The position numbers were made by a program, and so were the translations under genes. A stretch of 64,000 bases of DNA from Bacteroidia bacterium (lineage in GTDB: Bacteria; Bacteroidota; Bacteroidia; 2-12-FULL-35-15), in NCBI GenBank assembly GCA_030654175.1, contig JAURXZ010000030.1, positions 653,510 through 717,509 of the forward strand, written 5' to 3'. The notes below the pieces were generated by a model. It was given only the letters and a program-made list of their open reading frames with translations, did no database searches and was not told the origin of the DNA. Below, one piece after another: positions 20,192 through 30,890 of the stretch (the first letter of the stretch is position 1; the number at the start of each line of letters is the position of its first letter).

Positions 20192-21838
20192 TTATTTCTT
20201 ATTTAACAATTGAAGATACAGATCCTTGTCCGCTAAAAAATTGCGGGCATATACCACTTCAGGGTCAGTTTGCAAGCTGTTTTCCATAAAGCCGGTATAG
20301 TAATAATACCTTGAAACAATTTCCTCTTGCAGCGCTTTTTTGATCTGCTCTTTATTTTGCAAAAGCATTTCTTTTTTCGATTCTATAATTTGCTGATTCA
20401 ATGCTTTGTATTTTTTTTCGAAAAGTTTTATCGTATTGTTGTTTTTTGAAAGTTCTTCAAACTCCATCAATTTCAACTCTTCGGGAGTTTTAAAAGGGTA
20501 TTTTCTGTTTTCGATATAACCCACAAACGTATAAAAACTAACATCTGTAACAATCATCTTATCGGCTGGAACATTCACCTCTTTGGTGTTTCGAAAATAA
20601 GTAGCATAATCAAAGATCAATGAAGACTTTTTTAATGCTTCAACTATAGGTGCGTTTTTTTGTACCGGTTCTGTTTTTATATCCGGCTCTATTCCTCCTA
20701 TGTCAAATACTTTTCTTCCATTCCGGGTATAAAAAACTTTTTTCAGGCTATCAGAAAATATTTTTTCTTTTCCATTAATATATCTACTGGAGTAATCCCG
20801 TTTTTGAATACATCTCCCGGAAGGTGTGTAATACCTGGCCGCTGATAAATACAAACTTGTTCCCTGACCCGGAAAACGAGTGCCTTGTACGAGGCCTTTT
20901 CCAAACGTTTTTTGCCCAATAATAACGGCCCTGTCAAGATCCTGCATGGCCCCGGTAAAAATCTCACCCGCAGAAATGGTATTACTATTTGTTAGAATTA
21001 CCAAAGGTAAAAGTGTATCAAGAGGTTCGTTGTGCGTTATATTATTATAGTCAGTGGCTTTCCCTTTTATATGTAAAATAAGAGTGTTTTTTGGAACAAA
21101 AACATTCACACAATTAACGGCTTCCTCCACCAAACCACCAATATTATCGCGCAGATCAAGAATGATCGATCTTAATTTAAGATTTTTTTTCAGGTTTGTT
21201 ACTGCTTCCAGAAATTGAATATCGGAGCCTCTCAAAAACTGCTGCACCTGGATATAGCCAGTTGCAGAGTCGAGCATGGTGTAAAAAGGAATTGACTTGG
21301 TTACAATTTGTTTGCGGATGATCGTTTTTTGTACCAATCCCACATGAGGCCTTTTAACAGTAACGTTAACGCTCGTTTCCGGAGTACCTCTCAATAGTTT
21401 TAATGTTTCATCAAGAGATTTCCCTTCCATTGATACCCCATCCACCTCTTTATAAATATCCCCGGCTCTCAGATCATTTTGCTCAGCACCGTATCCCTCA
21501 ATAACAGCTGTAATAATAACTGCAGAATCTCTATAATCTACTCTGGCACCAATGCCTGAATAATTTATCCCCGCCCATACATTTTCTCTTTCTCTTGTTT
21601 CGAGCGAATCAAAAAAAACGGTATGAGGGTCAACTGACTTTACCATGCCATCAATCGCACGCCTGATAAGGATATCAGAGTCGAGCGTGTCAACAAAATC
21701 GCTTTTGAGAATTTTAAAAACAGAGGAAAATAAACTTATATTTTTTGCATTTTTTTCATCATCCGAACTGGCAATAAAAAATGCTGTTGAGGTTATTGCA
21801 ATAAAAAAAATGAGGCCGTAAATAAAAAATTTTTTCAT
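20192..21838 (-). CDS. S41 family C-terminal processing (tail-specific) peptidase with PDZ domain
   Basis: 548 aa. Signal peptide, PDZ-like LRAGDIYKEVDGVSMEGKSLDE, and the S41 catalytic region NSNTISAGEIFTGAMQDLDRAVIIGQKTFGKGLVQ. Confidence 0.85.
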   Translation of the reverse strand: MKKFFIYGLIFFIAITSTAFFIASSDDEKNAKNISLFSSVFKILKSDFVDTLDSDILIRRAIDGMVKSVDPHTVFFDSLETRERENVWAGINYSGIGARVDYRDSAVIITAVIEGYGAEQNDLRAGDIYKEVDGVSMEGKSLDETLKLLRGTPETSVNVTVKRPHVGLVQKTIIRKQIVTKSIPFYTMLDSATGYIQVQQFLRGSDIQFLEAVTNLKKNLKLRSIILDLRDNIGGLVEEAVNCVNVFVPKNTLILHIKGKATDYNNITHNEPLDTLLPLVILTNSNTISAGEIFTGAMQDLDRAVIIGQKTFGKGLVQGTRFPGQGTSLYLSAARYYTPSGRCIQKRDYSSRYINGKEKIFSDSLKKVFYTRNGRKVFDIGGIEPDIKTEPVQKNAPIVEALKKSSLIFDYATYFRNTKEVNVPADKMIVTDVSFYTFVGYIENRKYPFKTPEELKLMEFEELSKNNNTIKLFEKKYKALNQQIIESKKEMLLQNKEQIKKALQEEIVSRYYYYTGFMENSLQTDPEVVYARNFLADKDLYLQLLNKK

Positions 21839-21853
21839 GAACTCCTGCCCTCT

Positions 21854-23797
21854 TTATTCTTTTATGAATGATTTATAATTAACTCCTGATTTAAGCACGG
21901 TTTTAATAAAATAAGTGCCTTTAGCATATTGACCAGTATTTATTGTTACCAACTTTTGAATACCATTATATATTTCCGACCTAAAAACAATTCTCCCCAA
22001 AACATCTGTTATTTCAATGGATTCAACAGTATTTGCATTGTTTAAGGAAAGAATGTTAATGTTATCTTTTGCAGGATTTGGGTAAACAATTACCTGGTCA
22101 CCTATTAAAGGGTATTCTGATATTCCGGAAATAGTATTACCAGCTGAAAGTAGCCATAACATGGGGTCAAATTGAACACTTACAATTGGGAACGGAACAG
22201 TAACATTAAATATTTGTCCGGAATTTGTATGATCAAACACAATAGTTGTATCGGTATTTTGCCCGATGAACTGAACAGGAACAGGCATTTCAAAAAAAGA
22301 AACCGAAGGATCCGACTGCGTTTGATTAACCGTTAAAGTAACGTCATTTAAAGTCTGGCCCCACAAAAGATGATAGGACGGAAAGCCTTGATTATAATAC
22401 CATTGATTAAAAAATCCGGTCAAACTCTGGTTTCCGGCAGCTTCAAAATGTGCTATCAGATCAGGTGTACGGGCATATTTTCCGGCAAGCAAGGGGTCAT
22501 TCAAATAATTTTTTATTGATAAAAAAAACAAAGAGTCGCCTAATTTCCAGCGAAGCATGTGAAGGAGGTAGGCGCCTTTTTTATAGGATAATCGTCCGTC
22601 AAATATTCTTCCAACAGAGGTTGTATCATCGCATAATACTGTGCCACCGGGAGAAGAAGTGATAGAGACAATTGCGGAGGCTTTCCATTGCATCCAGGAG
22701 TCAGGAAAAAAACGTTCTTCCGTTAAGCCTTCAAAATAGGTTGCAAAGCCTTCATTAAGCCAAATATCCTGCCAGCTGCCACAAGTGATGTGATCGCCAA
22801 ACCATTGATGGGCACATTCATGCGCCATTAACGAATGATTAAAATCCACAACAAAACTCATTGTTTGATGTTCCATTCCTCCACCCCAACCGAATTGAGC
22901 ATGGCCGTATTTTTCATTTACAAATGGATATGTAATGGTGAGGCTATCGAAGAATTTTATGATGTTGATAATACCTGTTGTTTGGGTGCGTGCCAAAGAA
23001 TCGTTTTCGGGGTAAACATAATTCAATACCTGAAGCGAGTCCCCTCCTGGCAAAGGCACATAGTCGGAGTAAGATGAATAGTTAGTAACTGCAATTGCTA
23101 TAAGGTAGGCTGCAATCGGGTAACGGGTTTTCCAATGGTAAATCTTATCACCTGCTGATGTGTTTTCAGAAAGCAATATTCCATTGCTTCCTACCCTGTT
23201 TATTTGTGGAGTAATTACAATTATATCAACTGAATCAATCTTATCATTTAAACTTTGTTTGCACGGCCACCATTCTTTTGCTCCAAAAGGTTCGGAAAGC
23301 GTCCAAATAACAGGTGTGCCATTATGCGTTGATTGAATAAATGAACCCAGGCCTGTGCTTGGTGGTACGCCCTGATAATAAACAGTTATTGAGTCGAGGG
23401 TGTTTATAGGAATAGCGGCAGGAAGGCTGATCTGTAAAACATCAGCGGTTAAGCGGCTGAACGACAAAACGGAGTTATGATATTTTACCGAATCCACCGT
23501 TAAGGAATCGGAGAGATCAAATTCTATTTGATCAAATCCATTTACAATGGGTTTAAAATAAGAAGTAATACCCCCCCGGATATAATTTACAGCGGGATCT
23601 ATATTCCATTCACAGCGATGGTATTTTAGATCATAGTTATCAGAAACTCCCGACAAAACCGATCTCCACTTACCAGCTTGTGCCTTTTGCTCTGATGATG
23701 GAATGTCTATTATATTACTGTTTGGGGAAACAAACTGAGCATCAACCTTTAATGAAAAAATAAAAAGTGAAAACAATAACAAAACCATTGTTTTCAT
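21854..23797 (-). CDS. M1-family zinc aminopeptidase with T9SS type A C-terminal sorting domain
   Basis: HExxH...E zinc motif (AHECAHQWFGD...WLNEGFATYFE). C-terminal VIVYPNPAKDNINILS...GTYFIKTVLKSG is a T9SS CTD. Start chosen at MKTMVLLLF (signal peptide); the ORF-track start is 23818. Confidence 0.8.
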   Translation of the reverse strand: MKTMVLLLFSLFIFSLKVDAQFVSPNSNIIDIPSSEQKAQAGKWRSVLSGVSDNYDLKYHRCEWNIDPAVNYIRGGITSYFKPIVNGFDQIEFDLSDSLTVDSVKYHNSVLSFSRLTADVLQISLPAAIPINTLDSITVYYQGVPPSTGLGSFIQSTHNGTPVIWTLSEPFGAKEWWPCKQSLNDKIDSVDIIVITPQINRVGSNGILLSENTSAGDKIYHWKTRYPIAAYLIAIAVTNYSSYSDYVPLPGGDSLQVLNYVYPENDSLARTQTTGIINIIKFFDSLTITYPFVNEKYGHAQFGWGGGMEHQTMSFVVDFNHSLMAHECAHQWFGDHITCGSWQDIWLNEGFATYFEGLTEERFFPDSWMQWKASAIVSITSSPGGTVLCDDTTSVGRIFDGRLSYKKGAYLLHMLRWKLGDSLFFLSIKNYLNDPLLAGKYARTPDLIAHFEAAGNQSLTGFFNQWYYNQGFPSYHLLWGQTLNDVTLTVNQTQSDPSVSFFEMPVPVQFIGQNTDTTIVFDHTNSGQIFNVTVPFPIVSVQFDPMLWLLSAGNTISGISEYPLIGDQVIVYPNPAKDNINILSLNNANTVESIEITDVLGRIVFRSEIYNGIQKLVTINTGQYAKGTYFIKTVLKSGVNYKSFIKE

Positions 23798-23843
23798 ATT
23801 TACCGAATAGAATATCATTCTATAAAGATAATAAGATTAATTC

Positions 23844-23876
23844 AAAAAAAATCCCCTAAAAAAGGGGATTTTTTTT
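23844..23876. terminator. Hairpin atcccc(N7)ggggat flanked by A-run and T-run: terminator for the punA-lpxK transcription unit, and possibly bidirectional
   Basis: Read directly; overlaps the purine nucleoside phosphorylase stop at 23875. Confidence 0.65.
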
Positions 23877-24687
23877 AAATCAGTTTCATAAGCTCTTTCA
23901 TAATTAATGTCATCTTTTTCTCGGCCTGTGCGGCCACATGTTGAACCTCTTCGTGGGTTACCTGAACAATTTTGCCCGGTACCCCTAAATCAGTAATGAT
24001 TGACATCGCGAAACAAGGAATTCCCATGTGTCGTGCAACAATTACTTCGGGCACAGTACTCATTCCAACAGCATCTGCTCCAACGTTAAAAACATATTTG
24101 TATTCGGCAGGTGTTTCAAATGTTGGGCCTGTTAGGCCTGCATAAACACCTTCCTGCACTTTTATGTTATTTGCCGAAGCCACTTGCTTTGCTTTATCAA
24201 TAAGGTCTTTATTATACGCATCGCTCATATCCGGGAAACGTGGTCCAAGTTCAGCCATATTTTTACCTATCAATGGATTGGATGGAAAAAGGTTAATATG
24301 ATCGTTGATGATCATCAGATCACCAATTTCGAAATTCGGATTAACACCACCGGAAGCATTGGAAACAAAAAGTTTTTGAATGCCTAAAAATTTCATCACC
24401 CTTACCGGAAAGGTAACCTGTTGCATATCATATCCTTCATAAAAATGAAAACGCCCTTGCATGGCAACCACGTTCTTTCCACCTAACTCACCAAAGATCA
24501 GTTTACCTGTATGGCCTTCTACCGTTGAAACAGGGAAGTTCGGGATCTCTTCGTAAGGAATGGTATGTTTAATATTTATTTCCTTTACCAGGCCACCAAG
24601 TCCGGTACCCAAAATAATTCCAATTTCCGGCTCAATGGATATTTTACTTTTAATGTACGCTGCTGTTGTTTTGATTTGTTCTAACAT
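23875..24687 (-). CDS. Purine nucleoside phosphorylase (PNP family 1, PunA/inosine-guanosine type)
   Basis: 270 aa with family signature ([49 protein letters not shown]). Confidence 0.85.
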   Translation of the reverse strand: MLEQIKTTAAYIKSKISIEPEIGIILGTGLGGLVKEINIKHTIPYEEIPNFPVSTVEGHTGKLIFGELGGKNVVAMQGRFHFYEGYDMQQVTFPVRVMKFLGIQKLFVSNASGGVNPNFEIGDLMIINDHINLFPSNPLIGKNMAELGPRFPDMSDAYNKDLIDKAKQVASANNIKVQEGVYAGLTGPTFETPAEYKYVFNVGADAVGMSTVPEVIVARHMGIPCFAMSIITDLGVPGKIVQVTHEEVQHVAAQAEKKMTLIMKELMKLI

Positions 24688-25738
24688 AATGTAAAATTTG
24701 TTCGTTAAATTCGTTTTTGTCCTTTTCGTAAAAATCTATTTCAATTGGCATATAAAAAAGCGGCATGTGGCTTAAAATGTCTGAAAAATCAGGGTTTCTT
24801 AAACGCATTGCATCTTTTTCGGTGGTCACTATTATTTTATTTGACGATGCAATATTATCAAATATTTTTTTAACTTCTTCTAAATCATTTTTTGTGAACG
24901 TATGATGGTCCCGAAACTTAACAGGAATAAGGGTTTTTACTTTATCTTTTAAATAATATTCCAGAGATTGAGTATTGGCTATTCCGGTAAGCAGGACAAC
25001 GGAATAATGTCTTTCAAAATAATATTCTTTACTAAACGGGTTAATCGTTTGGGCATGCAAAGGAAGGAAGTCACCATATTTAATATATGAAAAATAAATA
25101 TGCTGATGCGGTAATGGCTTGATCTCCTTTGTTAAACGATTACGTTCAATTGGTAAAAGCACTTCCGGACACTTGGTAACAATAATAATATCGGCACGTT
25201 TTATTCCCGAACCAAATTCCCGCAAACTTCCTGTAGGCATTACAAAATCGTTGAAATACAATTTATCGAACTCGGTTAAAACAATTGACAACCCCGGTTT
25301 TATTGCCCTGTGCTGAAAAGCATCATCCAATAAAATGGTTTGTACCATCGGGAAAAGGTTTACTATCTTTTTTACGCCTCTCACCCGTTTCGCATCCACA
25401 GCAACATGTACATTACTAAATTTAACGGCAAACTGAAGTGGTTCATCACCAATATCGGCAACTGTAGATTGTGCATTCGCTAAAACAAAACCTTTGGTTT
25501 TTCTTCCATAACCACGGCTGAGTGTGGCTAAGTAAAACTCCGGACTTAATAAACGGATTAAATATTCGATATGTGGTGTTTTCCCTGTGCCACCAACAGT
25601 CAGGTTCCCCACAGAAATATTGAGGACCTTAAATTCGGTAGAAGAAAATATCCCCCAATCATATAATTTATTGCGCATAGAGAGCAACAGGCCATATAAG
25701 AGTGAAACAGGAAAAAGTAGTATGCGCAAAAATTTCAT
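24650..25738 (-). CDS. lpxK: Tetraacyldisaccharide 4'-kinase (lipid A biosynthesis)
   Basis: 362 aa with P-loop [22 protein letters not shown] and overall LpxK similarity. The 3' end overlaps the PNP gene start by 38 nt. Confidence 0.85.
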   Translation of the reverse strand: MKFLRILLFPVSLLYGLLLSMRNKLYDWGIFSSTEFKVLNISVGNLTVGGTGKTPHIEYLIRLLSPEFYLATLSRGYGRKTKGFVLANAQSTVADIGDEPLQFAVKFSNVHVAVDAKRVRGVKKIVNLFPMVQTILLDDAFQHRAIKPGLSIVLTEFDKLYFNDFVMPTGSLREFGSGIKRADIIIVTKCPEVLLPIERNRLTKEIKPLPHQHIYFSYIKYGDFLPLHAQTINPFSKEYYFERHYSVVLLTGIANTQSLEYYLKDKVKTLIPVKFRDHHTFTKNDLEEVKKIFDNIASSNKIIVTTEKDAMRLRNPDFSDILSHMPLFYMPIEIDFYEKDKNEFNEQILHYVRTNQNNSSVH

Positions 25739-25765
25739 TGGCTAAAAGTACGAATATTAATGTAT

Positions 25766-26064
25766 CGATGTGCTGATGTGCTGATTCCTGATGAGATAAT
25801 GTGCTAAATTTTTGATGTGCTAATGTGCTGATTAGTTGATGTGCTGATGAACCAGTGAACAAAATTTTAATGTACAACATACTAATGACTAAGATGATGC
25901 GTAGATGTGCTGATTAGTTGACTTTCCAGTCACTGATTAGCTCTTTTCTCACAAATTCTGAAATCAAATTTATGCCAACTAAATCGTTATATTTGTACAT
26001 TGCTAATCAGTACATCAACTAATCAGCACATTAGCACATTAGCACATCGGTAAATCAGCACATT
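25766..26064. repeat. Composite repeat filling the lpxK/DUF3109 divergent intergenic region. Tandem TGTGCTGAT-type units form a left arm (25766-25850), a right arm (26001-26064) is their reverse complement, and a partial middle copy lies at 25903-25922.
   Basis: Left arm cgatgtgctgatgtgctgattcctgatgag...tgatgtgctaatgtgctgattagttgatgtgctgatg. Right arm aatcagtacatcaactaatcagcacattagcacattagcacatcggtaaatcagcacatt. The right arm ends 6 nt before the DUF3109 ATG. Confidence 0.7.
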
Positions 26065-26070
26065 AAAATT

Positions 26071-26637
26071 ATGATAGCAATAGATAATACAATAGTTTCG
26101 GAGCATTTGCTTGAAAAAAAATTCGTGTGTGATTTGAATGCATGCAAAGGAGAATGTTGCGTAGCCGGTGATTCGGGTGCTCCGCTTGAACTGGAAGAGA
26201 TCGCGATAATGGAAGACCTGCTGGATAAGGTAAAACCCTACCTGCCTAAGGATGGACTTAAATCGATTGAAAAACAAGGTGTTTTTGTGATCGATGAGGA
26301 TGGAGATTATACAACTCCATTAGTAAAAGGCAAGCACTGCGCTTTCACCTATTTTGAAAATGATATTGCTAAATGTGCTATTGAAAAAGCCTATTATGCA
26401 GGTGATATCACCTGGAAAAAGCCTATTTCCTGCCATTTATACCCTGTACGCATCACTAAATACAAGGATTACGATGCAGTAAACTTCCACAGCTGGGAGG
26501 TATGCAAACCGGCATGTGAATGCGGAGCTAAGCTGGATGTACCGGTATATAAATTTTTGCGCGAACCATTGATCCGTAAATACGGTGAAGATTGGTACAA
26601 ACAATTGGAATTTGCTGATAAAATAAAAAAGGCATAG
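26071..26637 (+). CDS. Cys-rich conserved hypothetical protein (DUF3109-like)
   Basis: 188 aa with CDLNACKGECC and further Cys (C...C...CKPACEC). Matches my recollection of Bacteroidetes DUF3109 proteins; family assignment not verified. Confidence 0.55.
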   Translation: MIAIDNTIVSEHLLEKKFVCDLNACKGECCVAGDSGAPLELEEIAIMEDLLDKVKPYLPKDGLKSIEKQGVFVIDEDGDYTTPLVKGKHCAFTYFENDIAKCAIEKAYYAGDITWKKPISCHLYPVRITKYKDYDAVNFHSWEVCKPACECGAKLDVPVYKFLREPLIRKYGEDWYKQLEFADKIKKA

Positions 26638-27050
26638 CTTCAAAAGTATTAATTGTAAAGGAGTACCTAAGCATACCCCCTCCAAACACTTGTATATGTA
26701 ATACGGATATTTCCCTATTAGCTCCAAATTTTTTTACATTTAATTTTCAGTTTTTTTTCCAATAGAGTTAATGTCGTGTTTTTAAATACGTTAGTGATTT
26801 ATCAACATTCATCTGTTAATTCTGCATGTTTATAACTTCAACCAAATGTTAATTCAATCCACTTGACTACCCGTTTTTTTTTGACAAGATTTGTACACCT
26901 TAATTCAATAACCAATTCTTTACTTAAAACGCTCAAAAAGAAAGCAATAGGCTTTCAGGGGAATTCAACCCTCTGTTTTTAAGAAAGACCTGAAAGCAAC
27001 AGGTTGATTAAGAGGTAGTTAAAAAAAAACAAACAAGAAAAAAGATATAA

Positions 27051-28019
27051 ATGACAGCAGAACCAATATTAAAAGAGAACAAAGACAGATTTGTACTTTT
27101 CCCTATCAAACATAATGATATATGGGAAATGTATAAAAAAGCAGAAGCGAGCTTTTGGACTGCAGAAGAAATTGATCTGAATCCTGATCTTCAGGATTGG
27201 GACAATAAATTAAATGACGATGAGAAACATTTTATTAAACATGTGCTTGCTTTTTTTGCTGCAAGTGATGGTATAGTAAATGAAAACCTGGCCGTTAACT
27301 TCATGAGTGAAGTTCAATATCCGGAAGCTCGTTGTTTTTATGGTTTCCAGATCATGATGGAAAATATTCATTCTGAGACCTATTCTCTATTAATAGATAG
27401 CTATATTAAAGATCCTAAAGAAAAAGATAGACTTTTTCATTCTGTAGATACACTGCCATGTGTTGGGAAGAAAGCCGATTGGGCTATTAAATGGATAGGA
27501 AACGGAACCTTCGCTGAACGGTTAATTGCTTTCGCTGCAGTGGAAGGGATATTCTTTTCAGGAAGTTTCTGTTCTATCTTTTGGTTGAAAAAACGTGGAT
27601 TAATGCCGGGCCTTACTTTTTCGAACGAACTTATTTCCCGTGACGAGGGTTTACATTGCGATTTTGCATGTTTGCTTTATTCACAGTTGGAAAATCAGTT
27701 GCCACAGGAAAATGTAACAGCCATCATTACCAATGCCGTTGAAATTGAAAAAGAATTTGTATCCGATGCACTTCCTGTTCGTTTGATAGGTATGAATGCC
27801 GATATGATGTGCCAGTATATTGAATTTGTTGCCGACAGATTATTAGTTGCTCTTGGATGCCCTAAAGCATACAATGCAACCAACCCATTCGATTTTATGG
27901 AATTGATCTCCTTACAAGGCAAAACTAATTTCTTTGAAAAACGCGTTGCTGAATATCAAAAATCAGGAGTAATGGGTAAGAAGGAAGACAATGTTTTCAA
28001 ACTTGACGAAGACTTTTAG
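27051..28019 (+). CDS. nrdB: Class Ia ribonucleotide reductase small (beta/R2) subunit
   Basis: 322 aa. [29 protein letters not shown] and di-iron ligands (E...H motifs) are typical of eukaryote-like R2. Confidence 0.9.
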   Translation: MTAEPILKENKDRFVLFPIKHNDIWEMYKKAEASFWTAEEIDLNPDLQDWDNKLNDDEKHFIKHVLAFFAASDGIVNENLAVNFMSEVQYPEARCFYGFQIMMENIHSETYSLLIDSYIKDPKEKDRLFHSVDTLPCVGKKADWAIKWIGNGTFAERLIAFAAVEGIFFSGSFCSIFWLKKRGLMPGLTFSNELISRDEGLHCDFACLLYSQLENQLPQENVTAIITNAVEIEKEFVSDALPVRLIGMNADMMCQYIEFVADRLLVALGCPKAYNATNPFDFMELISLQGKTNFFEKRVAEYQKSGVMGKKEDNVFKLDEDF

Positions 28020-28137
28020 TGTCATTTCGAGCTTGTCGAGAAATCTTTATTAATAAATAAAAAGATGCTTCGACTCCGCTCAGCATGACCCAGGCGAGAT
28101 AGATTAATAAATTAGAAAAATACTTAATACAAAATAT
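28020..28137. repeat. Small Bacteroidetes-type interspersed repeat modules in the nrdB-nrdA spacer
   Basis: gtcatttcgagcttgtcgagaaatc and gatgcttcgactccgctcagcatgac (reverse complement gtcatgctgagcggagtcgaagcatc). They are responsible for the spurious VMLSGVEAS-containing antisense ORF. I recognise this motif family from Sphingobacteriia intergenic regions (memory, unverified). Confidence 0.45.
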
Positions 28138-30633
28138 ATGTACGTAATAAAAAGAGACGGAAACCGGGAATCGGTAAAATTTGACAAGATCACAGCACGT
28201 ATCCAAAAACTTTGCTACGGATTAGATGCTACTCACGTAACAGCTATCAGTGTTGCGATGAAAGTGATTGAAGGTATTTACGAAGGTGTAAGTACCAGTG
28301 AATTGGACAACTTAGCGGCTGAAACAGCTGCAGCACTTACTACCAAACACCCTGACTATGCGCTTTTGGCATCACGCATAGCTGTTTCTAACTTACACAA
28401 AAACACTAATAAATCGTTTTCCAAAACAATGGAAGCGCTTTATTCATACATCGACCCGAAGACAAGCAAAAAAGCACCTTTGATCGCTGATGATGTTCAT
28501 GAGATCATTCAAAAAAATGCACAGGAATTAGATTCCACCATTATTTATGACCGCGATTTCGGTTATGATTATTTCGGATTTAAAACATTGGAGCGTTCTT
28601 ACCTTTTAAAATTGAACGGAATGGTGGCTGAACGCCCTCAACACATGATCATGCGTGTGGCTGTTGGTATTCACAAAGATGATATTGCATCCGTTATTGA
28701 AACATATAACCTGATGAGCGAGCGTTGGTTTACACATGCTACACCAACATTGTTTAATGCAGGAACTCCAAAACCACAAATGTCGTCATGCTTTTTGTTA
28801 ACGATGAAAGATGATAGCATTGATGGTATCTATGACACATTGAAAAACTGTGCAAAAATTTCACAAAGTGCAGGTGGTATCGGATTAAGCATTCATAACA
28901 TACGTGCTACAGGTTCTTACATACGTGGTACAAATGGTACTTCGAACGGTATCATCCCGATGTTGCGTGTATTTAATGATACTGCACGTTATGTTGATCA
29001 GGGCGGTGGGAAACGTAAAGGTTCATTCGCTATTTATTTAGAGCCTTGGCATGCTGATATCTATGAGTTTTTAGATATCCGTAAAAACACTGGTAAAGAA
29101 GAAGCCCGTGCACGTGACCTTTTCACTGCAATGTGGACTCCCGATCTATTCATGAAACGTGTAGAAGCGAATGGCGACTGGTCATTGTTCTGCCCTAACG
29201 AAGCACCAGGCTTGGCTGATTGCTGGGGTGAAGCATTCGAAAAATTATATACTAAATACGAAAAAGAAGGCCGTGCACGTAAAGTAATTAAAGCACGCGA
29301 ACTTTGGACAGCTATTATCGATTCACAAATTGAAACCGGTAACCCTTACATGCTTTACAAAGATGCTTGTAACGCAAAGAGCAATCAACAAAATTTGGGT
29401 ACTATCAAATCATCTAACCTTTGTACCGAAATTTTAGAGTACACTGCACCAGATGAGATCGCTGTGTGTAACCTGGCTTCTATCGCTCTTCCACGTTTTG
29501 TTGAAGGTGGAAAATTTGATCACCAAAAATTATTTGATATCACGTATGTGATCACTAAAAATTTAAATAAAGTAATTGATCGTAATTACTACCCGGTTGC
29601 TGAAGCAAAAAAATCTAATTTACGTCACCGCCCTATTGGTATTGGTGTACAAGGTTTGGCTGATGCATTTATTTTAATGCGTTTCCCTTTCGATTCTCCG
29701 GAAGCAATATTATTGAATAAAGAAATTCACGAGACCATCTATTATGCTGCAATGACAGCATCAAAAGACCTTGCGAAAGTAGAAGGCACTTATGAAACAT
29801 ACGAAGGATCACCTGTTTCGAAAGGTGTATTCCAATATGATATGTGGAATGTTACCCCATCTAGCCGTTGGGAGTGGGATGTGTTGAAAGAGGAAGTAAA
29901 AAAACACGGTGTGCGTAACTCCTTGTTATTAGCGCCAATGCCAACTGCAAGCACTTCACAGATCTTAGGAAATAACGAATGTTTTGAACCGTATACTTCC
30001 AATATTTATTCGAGACGTGTATTATCAGGTGAGTTTGTGATCGTGAACAAACACTTGTTGAAAGACCTTGTTAAATTGGGTATCTGGAATGACAGCTTGA
30101 AAAATAAAATTATTATTGCCAATGGTTCCGTACAAAACATTGAAGTAATACCGGCTAACATTAAAGCATTGTACAAAACAGTTTGGGAAATTTCTCAAAA
30201 GGTGATCATCAACATGGCTGCTGACCGTGGAGCATATATCTGCCAGTCACAATCATTGAACCTGTTTGTACAGGATGCTAATTTTGCGAAACTATCTTCT
30301 ATGCATTTTTATGGTTGGAAAGCAGGATTAAAAACCGGCATGTATTACTTACGTACCAAAGCTGCTGCTGATGCAATTAAATTTACTGCTGATGCTTCTG
30401 CTGCTAATGAAAAACCATTAACAGTTACTACCACAACTGCAACTACTGCAACAACAACAGCCCCTACCGAAGTATTGGGTAACGAGGATGTATTGATACA
30501 GGAGCGCCAACAACAAATAAGCAATGAACGCCAGGCACTATTAGAAGCTGAAGCACAAAAAGCTGCTGAGATCGCTGCTCAATTGACTTGTTCGCTGGAT
30601 AACCCGGATGCTTGTGAGGCTTGTGGGAGTTAG
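28138..30633 (+). CDS. nrdA: Class Ia ribonucleoside-diphosphate reductase large (alpha/R1) subunit with ATP-cone
   Basis: 831 aa. N-terminal ATP-cone ([16 protein letters not shown]), catalytic NLCTEI and Cys residues, and a C-terminal CxxC tail (CEAC). Unusual Thr/Ala-rich plus Gln-rich insertion before the tail. Confidence 0.9.
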   Translation: MYVIKRDGNRESVKFDKITARIQKLCYGLDATHVTAISVAMKVIEGIYEGVSTSELDNLAAETAAALTTKHPDYALLASRIAVSNLHKNTNKSFSKTMEALYSYIDPKTSKKAPLIADDVHEIIQKNAQELDSTIIYDRDFGYDYFGFKTLERSYLLKLNGMVAERPQHMIMRVAVGIHKDDIASVIETYNLMSERWFTHATPTLFNAGTPKPQMSSCFLLTMKDDSIDGIYDTLKNCAKISQSAGGIGLSIHNIRATGSYIRGTNGTSNGIIPMLRVFNDTARYVDQGGGKRKGSFAIYLEPWHADIYEFLDIRKNTGKEEARARDLFTAMWTPDLFMKRVEANGDWSLFCPNEAPGLADCWGEAFEKLYTKYEKEGRARKVIKARELWTAIIDSQIETGNPYMLYKDACNAKSNQQNLGTIKSSNLCTEILEYTAPDEIAVCNLASIALPRFVEGGKFDHQKLFDITYVITKNLNKVIDRNYYPVAEAKKSNLRHRPIGIGVQGLADAFILMRFPFDSPEAILLNKEIHETIYYAAMTASKDLAKVEGTYETYEGSPVSKGVFQYDMWNVTPSSRWEWDVLKEEVKKHGVRNSLLLAPMPTASTSQILGNNECFEPYTSNIYSRRVLSGEFVIVNKHLLKDLVKLGIWNDSLKNKIIIANGSVQNIEVIPANIKALYKTVWEISQKVIINMAADRGAYICQSQSLNLFVQDANFAKLSSMHFYGWKAGLKTGMYYLRTKAAADAIKFTADASAANEKPLTVTTTTATTATTTAPTEVLGNEDVLIQERQQQISNERQALLEAEAQKAAEIAAQLTCSLDNPDACEACGS

Positions 30634-30654
30634 GTAACAAAAAATAATTAATGT

Positions 30655-30693
30655 AAAAAGCCCCGATTACATAAAGTAGTTGGGGCTTTTTAG
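30655..30693 (+). terminator. Rho-independent terminator after nrdA
   Basis: agcccc(gattacataaagtagtt)ggggct followed by ttttt. Confidence 0.7.
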
Positions 30694-30890
30694 TCTAAAA
30701 TTCTATCATTAATTTTTTAACGAATAGCTATGAAGGAAGAATTACAGACACCAAGAAAAACGACACAAACATTCGCATATCTACCCAAAAACTGGTTGCT
30801 ATGCGCTACTTTGTAGCGAGTATAAACTGGTTAGTGGTAATTTTAAGAACTACTTTATAGACAACATAATTCTTCACATAAATCAATACT

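Noticed and set aside
25668-25880. 70-aa ORF on minus strand (MLYIKILFTGSSAHQLISTLAHQ...)
   Set aside because: Lies entirely within the repeat array; periodic His/Gln/Ser content is a translation artefact of the TGTGCTGAT units.
25766-26064. Possible CRISPR array suggested by repeated TGTGCTGAT units
   Set aside because: Units are 9 bp, irregularly spaced and without unique spacers. The array is organised as inverted arms, and no cas genes are nearby.
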